Assembly: GCA_012295275.1 (NCBI GenBank) | Contig: CM022676.1 | Coordinates: 13,516,001 to 13,580,000 of the forward strand | Source: Chrysomallon squamiferum | Taxonomy: Eukaryota > Animalia > Mollusca | Reading direction: 5' to 3' | Length of the DNA stretch: 64,000 bases | Part shown: positions 1 to 13,229 of the stretch, piece after piece | Layout: every line of letters begins with the position of its first letter | How positions within the stretch are numbered: position 1 is the first letter of the stretch | Program-made: the position numbers and the translations under genes | Notes under the pieces: model-generated | The model's database searches: none | Seen by the model: the letters and a program-made list of their open reading frames with translations, nothing else | Told to the model about the DNA's origin: nothing

Positions 1-57
1 ATAATTTACATAGAAAGTTAACAGAAAACTCAAATAATTAGTGTTTTAATTACTCAC

Positions 58-324
58 AGTTAACTATAATTTTAATCTGAGATGTTCCAGTTAGTGTTGC
101 CAGTGAAGATGACGCTGTTGCTGTACACGTGTATGTACCGTGGTGGTCTCTGTCAAGTACTGGAATATGTAAAGGGAAACCACCAGTCCAGTGAGGTGAG
201 GTTGATGTCCAGTTGAGTGTTGTGTTTGGAGGATTGTTGTCTGCAGAACAGTTGACTACATCCAGACTTTGTCCTTCCCGTCTTATGATTGGTCCTGATT
301 TATCAATACTCACTCGTGGTTGGT
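58..324 (-). CDS. Gene A Ig exon 7 (I/C2-type)
   Basis: 267 nt, AG acceptor and gtgagt donor; QPRVSI..EGQSL..CSADNNPP..LNW..RDHHGTYTC. Confidence 0.9.
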
Positions 325-2427
325 CTGTTAAAAATTAAGAATAAGAATGATGTAAATGTGAAATTTAAAGTATGTAAACTGCTGACTCACCTCATATTTT
401 TCCACAATCTTTCTATTAGATATACTTATATAAATAAACATAATAAGATGATATTTTCTCAATGTTCAGTTTAACAAATAATAAAATCCTATTTGTTGAT
501 TTTATTGTTTACTTGAACTTCCATATGGTATTTATATTTTAATAAATATTAGAATCATATACTGACAATTAATATACCAATTATTTTATCAAAAATTACC
601 AGTTCCCTTAATATTGTCTTTTTCTCTACTTATGATAAAAACAGTGAATGTTGTAATGCACTAAACACTTTTTTTCTAATTACTGAGTCATTTTTTTCAT
701 GGAAAAAGTGTTATCAACACACCATGATTGTTTCCATACATTAGTAGTTGGAAGACAAAAAATGTTGACTTTGGTAAACAACTTCTCTGTATTTTAAATA
801 AATATAGCTGCAGGAATTTTGATAGCAAAGTGAAAATTAACCACATAAAAGAATTAAGGAAACACATGTGTTGAACTGAAAGACGCTGTCCAGAAAAAGC
901 AAGACAATATTAATCAAGTTCTAAATAATAAATAAAGAAGCTTTTGACAACGCAAATAGTACAGAAAAAAAACATTTCAGTGAATAGAAAATTCAACAAA
1001 ATTCAACATAAAATAAAATAATACTCATGCATGATTTGGTAAGTTTATATGTATAAATATCCAGATTATTTTAATTTTCTTTAAGAGTACTCATCATTAA
1101 TTAGAACTAGATTTGTGAATAGAACATTTCAGAGATAATAACATTTTGTTTCATTAAACTACACAGTACTCACAGTAAACATTTAGTGTTTTATTTTCAG
1201 ATGACTTTGGATCATTTTTGTGGAGTGTGAAGTTATTTGTAGCCTGACACATAAATGTCTGACTGTTGTCTGTGTAGGACAGATTTTTGAACAGCCAGTA
1301 GGAGTTTGTGTGTGTGGAATCTTTCACTCCGTTCTTAAACCAGACAGTCACAGCTGGAGGATTTCCTCTGTCAGACACTGCACAAGTCAGCTTTCTACTC
1401 AGACCTTCTAACCACGGAAAACTCAAACTTGAAACCAGATCTGGTGATGATGGCGGATCTAAACAAAACATTATAAAGAATTTATTAAAATGTCGAATTA
1501 AAAATACTTTAAGAATAATAAAAAAGTAAACCAAGAAAACAAAGTATTTTAGTGTTCTAATCATTATGTTTGTTAATTTCCTTTCAGTGTTTTTACTGTT
1601 GCTTTCATCATTGTTACTGTTATTGTTATTATCATCACTGTTATTATTATTATCATCACCATCAATATCATTTCCATTATTATTTTCATCGTCATTATTA
1701 TTATTATTATTTGTATTATTGTTGTTGTTGTTGTTGTTGTTGTTATTATTATTATTATTACTACTATTATCACTATTATATACTTACAGTACACAGTGAG
1801 TGTTTCAGTGTCTGTGAGATTATATCTGTGAGTCTGGTGAACTGCACTGCACTGACAAGTCTTAGAGTTGAGATTTCTTGTAACTGTAAATGACAAATCT
1901 ACAAAAACACTGTTTTCATCTCTCTCAGATGAAGTTTTCATGTGAGCTGTGTCACAAGACAGACTTACTGATGTCACTAGAGGTTTACCACCTGACACAA
2001 CACAGCGAATGTTCAGTGTGTCTCCTTCATAAATCACTTGTCCTGTCTTGTATCCTTTTATTTCTGGAGGATCAACAGGTGGATCTGAAAACAAAAGTTT
2101 CAGTAAGAATAAAACTTCATTTTAAAATTGTTATCTACTGATATTCACTCTGTTTTTGACAGCAGAGGCAAGAATCTTGAAATGTTTCATTCGTTTATTA
2201 TAGGTTATATGATCAAACTTCTTCAGAGGGCTTATCCTCATTCTAAATTTCAATGTTAATCAAAAATTCCCAAAAATCAATCTTGGTTGTGTTACAGTCA
2301 GAAATGTGGTAAACAAATAAGATTGTGAATCCTGAACCAAATTCTACCCAAAAAAAGAATAGAAGTAAACATTCAAAATTTTGTTATTGTTATTATGATT
2401 ATGATTATGATTATGATTATGATTATG

Positions 2428-2463
<36 letters not shown>

Positions 2464-5400
2464 AATAATATTTTACATCATACTCACAAATCAAATTCAG
2501 TGTAGTTTTTGTTTTTGAGTTTGTTTCAGGTATCTGAGAATTCTGTGTTTCACACTCTATTTCATCTCCATCTTGATACCACTGTGGAACCAAAACCAGA
2601 TTCTGACTAAACAGCTTTCCTCCATCACCAGCGTCTTGTTCTCTGATTGGATCTTTAGAAATCAGAATCTGACCACTAGTGAGATTTCTCCAAGTAAAGT
2701 TCACACTGGGACTTGATGATGAACTAGTACAGGTCAAGGTCAATTTTCTGATTCCATCAGCATTAAAATTATCTTGGTTTCCTTTTATATCACTTCTGTC
2801 AGGACCAACTAAAATTTAGAACATTTTAAGTATATATTGTTTCTGTGATCTTACAAAACACACACAAAAATATATATGTGTAAAAAATAGTAGATAATAA
2901 TAGTTAATCTGTATTAGTAAATTACAAAATAATCACAAATAAATTCATTTTCTTGAAGAATAATTTTTCTTTATGTCACTAGAACTTTTTCAAACAATCC
3001 AAAATTATAACAACAACAACAACAACAATAATAATAATAATAATTTACAATAAGAGTGAATCATAGAAGTATTACAAGCAGAGAAAATAATGATATTCAA
3101 ATTCTGACAATGATACTGTAAACATACATGCTAGTTTTGTTGTAAATATCAGGTTTCTGGTCTCCACATAGTTTCTGACTTGACAAGTGTAGTTCTGATT
3201 GTTGTACTTTCTGTTAATAGATTTCAAGACAAGAGTTTGTGTGTGTGTGTCAGTTCCATCAGGAGTTATCCAGCTTACTGTGCCAGCAGGTGTTCCTAGA
3301 AAAGTGGTGTTACACACACAAGTTCCACTCTGTCCTGACTCTATGTAAGTATCTGGACACTCACCACTTGTAAAAGGAAAGTCTGGTGGCCCTGTAAGTG
3401 GAAATTTCTAAATTAATGAAACATGTTGAATTTAATTTAATTATTGTATCATTGTTAAAATAAGCATGGGTAAAATGTTATTTCAGTTGAGCTCAGTAAG
3501 AGTTATTATGTTACAAGATATCAGTTACACCTGTGAATCAGAATGAAGTCAAATATCTACAGAGATCTACTCTTGACATATTATTATTTAGTATTTCTCA
3601 TATACACTGAGAGGAGTGATCATTCTTCTTCTCCTGTTACTTTCTGAATACTGAACTATGATTATTTGTGGGAAAGTTTTATTGTAACAAATAATTTTGT
3701 TTATCTGTAAAGCTGTTATTTAATAGAAATTATGAAATCAGTTTCAAGCACTTTGCAATATATCTGACAAAATTTGACACAATTTCTTTATTAATAATTA
3801 GGAAGTAATTTATGTATTTTGAATAAAGTGTTAAGTCCCTTAGACTACTGGCATTTAAAACACAATTGTGTTCCATGTAAACTTTCAGCTGAAGTGAAAA
3901 ATATTTTTATACAGTATTTAGTTTTATTATCAAATTAATATCTATATGTATGTATGTATGTATGTATGTATAGTTTATATCTCATTCTTAACTTTAAAAG
4001 TCCACAACAAACAGAAAAGTTTAAATTAAATTAAAACACATCAAAGTTAAATTATGTTTTTAGCTCAGGCATGCAAGAACCATCTCTGTGTGACTTCATT
4101 CACCTCATCGTATTTGGATGCTATTTTACATTTTATTTTCCCACCAGTGATATCCTTTTATATTCAGAAAAATATTTGAATATCTGATATATTTGATGTG
4201 CTTATTCCAAATTACTCAGCTATGCATTTCTGATTTAATTTGGGGACAGAATTGAAATCCCATGTTATATTAATTCTAGATTTTAATGATAGTTCAGTTC
4301 ACTGACATTCTGTGTCATTTTACAGATATTGACGTTTTTTTCTATGTCTGCAATAGATGATCAATACGTGCATTCTTGATTTTCATATTTGACTTGTAAA
4401 TTGTGAATAAACTGTGACTATTAGGCTACGTTACTTTTCATTTGTTTCTTAGCTCATCCATAAATGAAGCTAATGAAAATCTAAATTGTGATTATGAGGG
4501 TGAAGTGCTAAGAAGTCCGACCACACTGATAAGTACAACTGATACCAGTCAACAACTAATTACCAGACAGCCGGAATATCTGGTCTGAGATCTCCCTGTA
4601 ACGTAATTGAAGAAACCCGGTCATGCTGTTTACACTTACCTGGGTTATGTTTTCTCGAGAATAATTGATCAATAACTTAAGCCTTTGGGGATGAAAACTG
4701 ATCCAGCATCCATAATATAAAGGATTCATTTTGTTAAGGGATTTAATTCACATAATGCATACATGTATGTATGTATGTATGTATGTATGTATAGATGGTG
4801 TGTATGTGTGTGTGTGTGTGTTATATACACTCCTATGTATATGTATACATATTATCCCAAATTACCATCTATGTCAGCCATGTTTTTTGGTCCTTATATA
4901 AATAAATATATCCATGAGACTTCTAAATTTCTGAAAATAATATAAATAAAGATAATTACTTAGTATATGTAGTTCAATTTTGTTACTTGAGTTGACAGCA
5001 GGGATACTTTGGTCAATCATCAAGTCATTTTTAGCAGCACAGAAAACTTTCTTCCCATCATGTTCTCTGCTGGCTGTGTACGTCACACTTAATGTTGTCA
5101 GTCTGTCAGTAGTAGTGGGAGATCCAGTGATGCTGACAGGAAGCTTGTTACTGTCTACGTACCACAAGATCTGTGAAACAGTTGGTGCTGGTTTGGCTCC
5201 GTGTACAACACAGGTAAAAACAGCAGAGTATCCCTCAGTGATCTGAAATGAGTTTGGTCTTGATCCAGAAATGTTTGTTTTCACAGAATTAACTGGAGCT
5301 GGAAAAAAACAATTTTATCCAATACATAAATAGCTCATTATTTATATTTAACATTTCACAAATAAAAAACATCTGAGATGTAAAAAGAAAACAAGTTTAA

Positions 5401-8400
5401 GAAAATACAGTGTTATTTATCAAAATAAATATAACTTAATAAAAAGATGTAAATAAAAATTATTAACAGTTTGTTTTTAGAAATTGCAAGTAATAATCTA
5501 ATTTACGGAAATTAATTTAAAAGTAATATGATGCTGAAATGTCTAGGTATTGTTAAATGTATAATTGTAGATGCTTTTTGAATAAAAATATGTTTTCAGT
5601 TTTAGAATTTTAAATACAAAACTAAAAACAATATAGTGGGGTTTTTTTGTGGTTTTTTTTTTGCTATTAATAATTTTCATTTGCTCTCATAGTTTTATAA
5701 TTTCTGAATAAATAAAATAAAAATTAAATAATAATAACTTACTGTAAACTTGTAAATCTAAGCTGTTGCTGACACTTCTGTCATAGTTACATTTCCAGCT
5801 AGTTTCATCCACAAGACTCACACTGTTTATTGTCAGACTGAAGAGTGTAGAAGTTCCTGTGTCACCAGCACATTTACAAGAGTAACCAGGAACAGGATCA
5901 GCTTGTTGACAAGATGGCAGAACTATACAAACACTTTCTCCATTTCTTACAAAGCCAACAGGTAAAGTGACGCTGTCTGATACAGAACACTGAAATGTGT
6001 AACTTTGTCTGAACACAGCAGGAGAACCTGTTAGATTCACAGAACCTATAAAAATAATAAATATATGGACATGTGTATGTATGTGTCTGTATAGATACAT
6101 GTGTGTATGTATGCGTGTGTGCATGTATATATAAACACACACACAAAAACACAAATGAAGCTCGGGGAATTTCTTCAGCCATAATAAAGCTACCTTTCTC
6201 TGCTGCATTGTTTTTAGCTGTAGCTTTTGTGAACATATTCTGCCTTTTAATTCTTGGGACAATCTATTGTTTTTCTTGGAGGCTAAATTTGTCATATTAG
6301 CTCTGTGTCTGGTGTCAAAGTCATCAGAGATTGAGCTCTTTAACAACCGACACTGCCTCATAACACAAAAGACATACAGGGTTTTTTTCTCCTTGAAGCA
6401 CACATATGTACTCACTCTCCCATCTTTCTTGAATCTGCATCAACCTTTCTTTTCTTGGACATTTTGTGATCAAAAGTAGATATTTTTCAATTCCATTTGC
6501 TGCAAAAATTGCCAATACTGATGTAGATACACTGCTGTCTAGAGGCAGGAAGCCGTCACATTGCACGTAACAAACATAATTCAAATGCATTATGGGATAT
6601 GTAGTTTATGGTCAATGCACACTATAAAGCAGCACTGACTTATTTTAATACACCTTTCAAGCTATCGCAGCCCACATAAAGTGGCCTTCAGTTTGACACA
6701 TGTCCCGTAGTCTGTGATTAGAATCTGAAACCCTGGGTGGTGTCTCTGTAGGCCAATATTGTGTTGGTGGGGCTTCTCTGGCACAGTGTTACAGCCAGAT
6801 ATTTGGATGATGATTGTAGTTTGTTGACATGAACTTTGGAACAACATGCAGTTTAAACTGTTACGTTTGTTGATAAAGAAACAAAACCAAGAATAATTTA
6901 TCCTTTTTCCTCGTTCCCAAATTCAAGAAATGTTTGGCCCCTTCAAAAATCTTATTAATGACAGACTATTTGACAATTAAAGCATGGGGGGAGGGGGGAA
7001 ATCACAAAAGGGAAAATGTCAGGGAAAATGCCCTGATACCAGATATATAAATATATATATATACACACACACACATACATACATACAGTGTAATATCGGG
7101 TTACAAACAACTCAAAGCACAAACAAATCAGATTACAAACTGTGAACTTGGGCTAGTTTTATCTCGGTTTACGAATAAAGTCCCAAGTTACGAACTACAG
7201 CGATGAGCCACATCAGTTTTGACGTCAACATGTAGTAAAGATAAGAATAGATGCTTAGGTCAAAACTGAGGTGAAAGAAAGGATTACAGGCATGGCCTAT
7301 AGCAAATATATATCATGAATTGAGGTCTTTAGTCTTCAACATGCATTGAGACTGTGCACTCACATTTTCTAAAGTGTTTCTGCTTTTTTTTAATTTTAGT
7401 TGTTGGTTTTATGGGGTTCGTTCTTTTTTGTTGTTTCGTTTTGTGTTTTGAAAAGGCAGTTCTGAAATAGCAAGATAAACTGAAGATGGAATGACAGAAC
7501 AATTATAAAATACAATTCTGTCACATCCATTAAAAAGAATGAGACATATACTTCTGGTATTTATACAAACTAACAGATTCAAGAAAAACTATAATATATA
7601 TAATTTTCCACCTTGTTAATTTAAATCTACCAACAAAAACTCTGACCATGGTCTATTCTCTGACTAGCTGGAGAAAAACATCCTTCTTATTGATCACGTG
7701 AGTCATACTTGAAGCTTAAGAAAAGATATCTGAATTCAAAAGAACCCGAACACACCTGTTTGACACCAACCTTATTTATTCAAGAACAGTATACCTTTAG
7801 GCCAGTACCAATGAAGTGGACATCAAGGACGTTTTTACACATGAACTGACACCATACCAACATTAGTTTTCACAGAAATGAGATGAGATGTTAAAAAGCA
7901 AAATCTGTGTTAAAGAATCAGCTGAAAGTTATATTTCACTTCTATGGTAATTGTGAATAAATATTAAATTAGTGTTTGACTTTCCTGCTCTATATTTGAC
8001 TGTAAAGTTGTAGCAGGCTAAAGATGGTAAATGTCTATGACCTGCAGCAACTATGACAAGGACATGTTAAAACAAATGAGAGAATTATTATAAGAAAAAT
8101 GCAAATAGTCATGAAACCTGTAATAGTCCATTTCAATCATAAAATAGTTTGTGTGCTGAATAGTGAATGCTGAGAACTGCAATCCTTCTATCTCCAGTTC
8201 ATAATACCTGGTCTTCATGTCCAGTACTGAAAAGAAACACTAACATATTGTTAGGAATTCCTGTCAAAGTTTTCTCTTTCAGATGTTGCATCATCAATAC
8301 AGCATGATGATCTCAGTCAACATTACCTCTATCTCATACACATGTATTTGGTCTACCTCTTCTTTATGAATGATGAACAAATCTTGATGCTGTTGTTGAT

Positions 8401-11400
8401 GAACTTGGCCAGTTGCCAACTGTTACTACCATTTCAGATCAGTTGTCTCAGACTTCAATTCCATTTTCATTGTCTTCAGTACTGAGACAGAATTAACTGA
8501 TTTATTAGTTGCAAATTTTCTGTTAATCTTAGATGTTTCGCCGTGCCTCAGTTAAAATCAAACTGAAATCCTGACAGACACATCAACTAATTTACTAGAA
8601 ATTAAGCTATTGATTCCCATATGTACTTACAAAACAATGGATCACTGATTATGCAGAACAAATCATGTCCTCCTCGGTTGTCTGTGTCACTACTGTTAGA
8701 AAAGATATTTTCAAATATTACTTATCTTGTTATAATGGGGTTTTTGAAGAATGTTTATGATTTTAAAGTACTGTCATAATTTTAAATATTTGTACTATAC
8801 ATCTCGTGCCATTAACTTTCAGTATGAAATTGTATAGAAAAGCAAGTTCCAAGTCCATCATGAGTTCCATGTATTATTATTATTATGCATAAACAATGAG
8901 AAACAATGAGAAACAATGATGCCTTCTCTCCCAGCTAGATTCCAAAACATCAGCATTAATGTTTCCCTAAGTAGGAATAGGAAGGCGGCCAGAAATTCAG
9001 AGAATGCCCGCCCTCATTTGCATAAACTCTCAATAAACCGTGTTGATCATTACTGCAGTATTGCCTTAAATCCGTCTACAATGACTGTAGTCTGCTGGCA
9101 TCGGTGTGTCAAGCAAACGACACTTTTTGGCGCCAATAAACAAATGCGAAAAATACGTTTTAGCGCTAATAAACAAAAACAAACATTTTTAGCTCTAATA
9201 AACAAACACAATGCGCCAGAGTATTAATGAACGTTTAGCTATGAGACCTTGTCAATTCTGTCCTTATAAAGACAGCTAATAAGAAAAAATCCCCTTTTTT
9301 TAATATTCTAGGACAATGAAACAGCTTTTAAGAAAGTGCGCCCATCTCTATTTTGACGTAACCTCAGGTATAGAAATGCAACAAAAAGGTTTTCATTCCG
9401 ATCAAAACCTTTGAGAAACGCTATTAGTAATGCTACCATTACAATGGTTTGGACTGGTTACCAAATAAGCTGAAAAGAAAGAAATTAACAGATAAACACA
9501 GATTTTGACAGTGAAAAGAATCAGGACAAAAAATGTATTTATCGTGAATTGTTAATTACAGTTACAAGTTCCAGTCACATACATTTCAATAAAGTAGCAT
9601 ACGAAATCAGATACAGTATTATTTTTCTCAAGAATAGCGTAAAAGTCACAGTTCCAATGGCTTTTGCTGGTCTTCCTGAACGAAATAAATTTATTGAGTG
9701 AAACTTAAGCAGTTAGGCTTAAACTATTAAACAAATTAAAGGCAGCCTTCACTGAGTTTATAAAATGAAACCACACAATTAAGCGCGATTCTTGAAGAGA
9801 ATATCAAATACTCCAAATGAATAACACACAACGAAAACACGAAAACGGCAGATAACTCTAACGGCATTTTTTATTTCTAATATTTATATTGTTTCTAGTT
9901 TAACGACCGGTGTAACTGTTTCAAAGTGTTCATGATTCACATTGTTTTGTTCGTACTTCTCATGCATCAAATCGAAGACCATTTATGTCATCTAACGGTG
10001 GTGATAAGCTCCAATTATTTCGTGTGTTGGACGATTGATTATTTTCTGTATCAATTCCTCTCTGAATACGAACTGTATTAACGGAACATTTGAAACATTA
10101 TCATTTGTGTCTTTTACATAATTATAACCTTGAATTGTGAAGAGAAAAAAGAATGATAAATGGTTTAATCTCAATCAGAAATAACTTTGGGTAGCGGCCA
10201 TCTCTTTATATTTGTCCGAACGTGTTTCAAGAATATCGTTCATACATTACTTGTTTAGCTCATGAAGTTAACTCTGCAGCCTCCTGAATTCTGTTAGAAG
10301 GTTTTGTTTGTAAACAAAATCATTGTTCTTTGCATAAAATGTCGATATGATTTCATAATATTAAGAATTAAATGATTAAATCTGGGTTAAAATGATATTG
10401 GAGCCGCTTACACATACATTTCATTAGTAAATTATCAACGTTATTTACTTGTCACATGTCGGCATGATGTTAGCTACAGACTATGTGTTGGTGAACCTAA
10501 GCACAAAATCTAAGGTTTTGAGCAGCTGATCTATTTCTGATATCCGAAAAATTTACGGTGTCGTGATTTCAACTTTTCTTGTGATCTAAAAAATATCTAT
10601 TTCACATATAATTATTTATTCAGCAGTATTTAGTTTACTGCTAATTTTCCTGTGGCTGTGTCAGTGTCTTGGAAACATTACTGGAACTTACAATGGAATA
10701 AATGTGTGTTTAATTAATTGGAAGAAATTAACATTCTTATGTTTGTTAGGGTCAAAACATACTACATAATAAATAATAAAATATATCATTCAGTATAAAT
10801 TTCATCTAAGAGAAATTCAGCTTCTGCTTCGTTCATATTCATATCACCAAATTTGTACTTTTGTAAATACTATTATTCTATTCATTATCCATCCAGTTTT
10901 TGTTCATGCTTTCTTAATTCACTCTCACTGTAAACTGATTTCAGCCCCGCTCTGAGGAGCAAAGAGTATTCGACAAATCATCTTTATATTATAATAAAGC
11001 CTATTCTTGCACTATGATTGTAACTCAATGCTGAAGAAAACTACATCTTGTTTAAAAGAAAAAAATTGAACACAGTAAAAATTATCCATTTCAGATTTTC
11101 TAATTTATCCCTTCTAAATATATTTCATTATCTATATATATTCGCTGTGATTAATTTGTTATCAAAAAATAAAATAAAAGAAAAATAAAGAAAAAATAAA
11201 AATACTTTTTTAATATAAGGAGATGTGAAGTCATGAATTTTCAAATCTATTTTCTTTTTTATCTAGCGCAAATCAATGATCTTACAAACTTTTTTCTTTG
11301 CATATCAATGTATGCAGTCATGCGAAAACAAATCTCAATATTTGCAACACAAAAAACGATATATTATTAAATATCATTTGTCAGAGACAATCAGACTTCA

Positions 11401-11816
11401 GAAGGAACCCTTAAAAATCAAGATTTCTGCAATACGGCATTTGTGTGCAAACGACATCAAAAAGTAAAATATTAATCAATTTATAACTTCGGATGCAGTT
11501 TGACAGATAATTTTGAATTTTTTATCACTAAAATCAGCAATAATATTCATCAGTGAACATGAAATTAAAATCACTTTATGAAATATGCAAATACATCGCC
11601 TACTGTAGTATTTACCACATTTGGAACAGCTTAGATAAAGCTGTGTTTTCACACTACGATTATTTCACTTGTTACAGATAAGGAATACACTGATAAAACT
11701 TTAAGTGAAGTTTTAACACTAAACCAGTTCTAACCAGGATACACAATATTTAGAGTTGTCAGTACATGAATCTTCTTCCCGGTATTAGCTGACACTTTAA
11801 AGTATGAATTGAAGAT

Positions 11817-11849
<33 letters not shown>

Positions 11850-11852
11850 CTA

Positions 11853-11885
<33 letters not shown>

Positions 11886-11908
11886 CAGTAGCAGTAGTAG
11901 TAGTAGTA

Positions 11909-11941
<33 letters not shown>

Positions 11942-12005
11942 GAAACTAACCTAGACAATATCTAACAATCGACACAGAAACAAGTAAATATCTCAACAGC
12001 GCCAT
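58..12005 (-). CDS. Gene A: multi-Ig cell-surface protein (nephrin/hemicentin-like IgSF), at least 7 Ig domains, 3' part outside the window
   Basis: Seven GT-AG phase 1-1 exons, each a multiple of 3 nt with one Ig domain: 6045-5743, 5298-4960, 3391-3128, 2808-2488, 2084-1788, 1458-1174, 324-58. Nearest compatible signal exon is 12005-11951; which leader is used is uncertain. Confidence 0.85.
1174..1458 (-). CDS. Gene A Ig exon 6
   Basis: 285 nt phase 1-1; PPSSPDL..PWLEG..LTCAVSDRGNPPA..WFKNG..FMCQATN. Confidence 0.9.
1788..2084 (-). CDS. Gene A Ig exon 5 (C2-set-like)
   Basis: 297 nt phase 1-1; PPVDPPEIKG..EGDTLNIRCVVSGGKP..CQCSAVH. Confidence 0.9.
2488..2808 (-). CDS. Gene A Ig exon 4
   Basis: 321 nt phase 1-1; GPDRSDIKG..LTLTCTSSSSSPSVNFTW..DGDEIEC. 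Confidence 0.9.
3128..3391 (-). CDS. Gene A Ig exon 3 (short Ig with an extra Cys pair)
   Basis: 264 nt phase 1-1; PPDFP..ECPD..GTCVCNTT..GTPAGTVSW..YTCQVRN. Confidence 0.88.
4960..5298 (-). CDS. Gene A Ig exon 2 (C2-set-like)
   Basis: 339 nt phase 1-1; PVNSV..EGYSAVFTCVVHGAKPAP..LWY..HDGKKVFCAAKN. Confidence 0.9.
5743..6045 (-). CDS. Gene A Ig exon 1 (N-terminal V-like, Cys-rich)
   Basis: 303 nt phase 1-1; GSVNLTG..YTFQCSV..FSLTINSVSLVDETSWKC. Confidence 0.88.
6160..6705 (-). mobile_element. Decayed hAT (SPIN/Charlie, GTF2IRD2-like) transposon fragment
   Basis: QERWESEYICVLQGEKNPVCLLCYEAVSVVKELNL matches the N-terminal zinc-finger region of SPIN/GTF2IRD2-type transposases, and is broken by stops and frameshifts. 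End-like motif 'gccttcagtttgacac' near 6685-6700. Confidence 0.75.
7745..7930 (+). mobile_element. Decayed fragment of an invertebrate DNA-transposon-type ORF
   Basis: FDTNLIYSRTVYL*ASTNEVDIKDVFTHELTPY..KAKSVLKNQLKV resembles a recurrent repeat-derived protein motif. Contains stops; family unresolved. Confidence 0.45.
8150..8460 (-). mobile_element. Decayed Ty3/Gypsy pol (RT) fragment
   Basis: Minus strand gives FSVLDMKTRYYELEIE...AFT, resembling the Gypsy RT motif FSxLDLKSGYxQ..KTAF. Heavily degenerate. Confidence 0.5.
11951..12005 (-). CDS. Signal-peptide exon L1 (MALLRYLLVSVSIVRYCL-G)
   Basis: 55 nt from ATG to a phase-1 gttagt donor; hydrophobic core; homologous to four other copies. 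Confidence 0.75.
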
Positions 12006-12100
12006 TGTGAATGTTGTGACTAAACTTGTTTCTTCCGGGTACACGAGTTGTACTTTATCTAGGTTATCTTACAGTGCCACGCTGTCACTGTGTAAAAGTG
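12006..12100 (-). promoter_or_regulatory. Putative core promoter/5'UTR of the leader cassette (also at 17419-17510, 17914-18002, 27624-27720, 28023-28111)
   Basis: Conserved sense-strand block aacctAGATAAagtacaactcgtgtacCCGGAAgaaacaagtTTAGTcacaacattcacaATG with GATA-, ETS- and Inr-like words. Function inferred from position and conservation. Confidence 0.55.
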
Positions 12101-12774
12101 TCTGCTTTTTTCTTATATTTTCTTAATTTTAATTCTTACTTAGCGCCTCAGTTTATCTAAGCAAATTCTTAGATTAGATAACAAAACTAAATTACCAAAT
12201 GTCTTTTACAATAAACTGAATTATTTATACCGACATAGTTTATTCTTATATTTGAAATATTTCTCATTTTTGATATTTTTAATGTTTTTTTTCTATCGAT
12301 TTTTCATCATGCTTTAAGTTGTTACATTTACTGGTGTTGCTGTATTGGGGCGGGGGTCAAGAAGCAAATCCTGACCAGGAAGTTCGATATCTACTTTCAC
12401 TGAAATCAGATAAACAGACAACAACATATCACAGACAGAGCTAATCAAAAGGGACAACTCGTCTAAAAAGAAGGAAAGAAAAGAAAGAAAAATGTTGTCC
12501 TTCTTACTAATTGATTAAGCGAAACAGCATCGTCTGTGGTAGAAGGCTGTCTTGAAACCAATTTTTTCTTTTTTCTCCCTTTTTTCTTCTTTTTTAACAG
12601 AAATGTTATCTGCTTTTATCAGAATCACTAAAGTTATATTAATTCGGCTATACTAACATCAATTTAACTTGAATGAACTAATTATGAGCAGAAGAGTTTT
12701 CCACTACCACTCTCATATTGTGACATTCACTTACATTGTCCTCCTTTATGTTCAGATAACTCTCTCTCTCTCTC

Positions 12775-12825
<51 letters not shown>

Positions 12826-13146
12826 TAATGCGCCCATTTATGTCATTTGTCGTAGCTGCTACTGTTCGTTCCGAAGCGAGATTGTCTCTGACGAACCTTA
12901 TTTCATAATATATGTTCCAAGTATTCAGTATAGTGTATTTACATTGATATGTATTGCCAAAGTTTGTAAAATATAAATGTTTGAAAAAACATAACTTCAC
13001 TTCTACTTCTACTACAAACACAGTTTGTATACTAAATTGAAATTGCTAACTTAAGTGGGTGTATCACTAAATGATTTTTTCTATTACGACTTACTCTCTG
13101 TGGTTTTGATATGTTCACTTCCATAAAGTCCACCTACTTAATCTTC

Positions 13147-13151
<5 letters not shown>

Positions 13152-13226
<75 letters not shown>
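13152..13226. repeat. (TC)n microsatellite
   Basis: Perfect dinucleotide run. Confidence 0.98.

Positions 13227-13229
<3 letters not shown>

Noticed and set aside
1566-1893. Poly-L, poly-Y/C and poly-I ORFs (also 12669, 27721, 28937, 39773, 46776)
   Set aside because: Translations of (TAT)n, (TGT)n and (GA)n microsatellites
5687-6415. 242-aa ORF as a single gene or transposase-Ig fusion
   Set aside because: Chance read-through joining a hAT relic, an intronic repeat and the real exon; the true acceptor is at 6046-6047
9992-10174. 60-aa minus-strand ORF with a hydrophobic start
   Set aside because: No recognisable domain and no convincing donor
10620-10700. Plus-strand signal-like peptide AVFSLLLIFLWLCQCLG
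   Set aside because: No in-frame ATG or donor; overlaps a repeated non-coding motif
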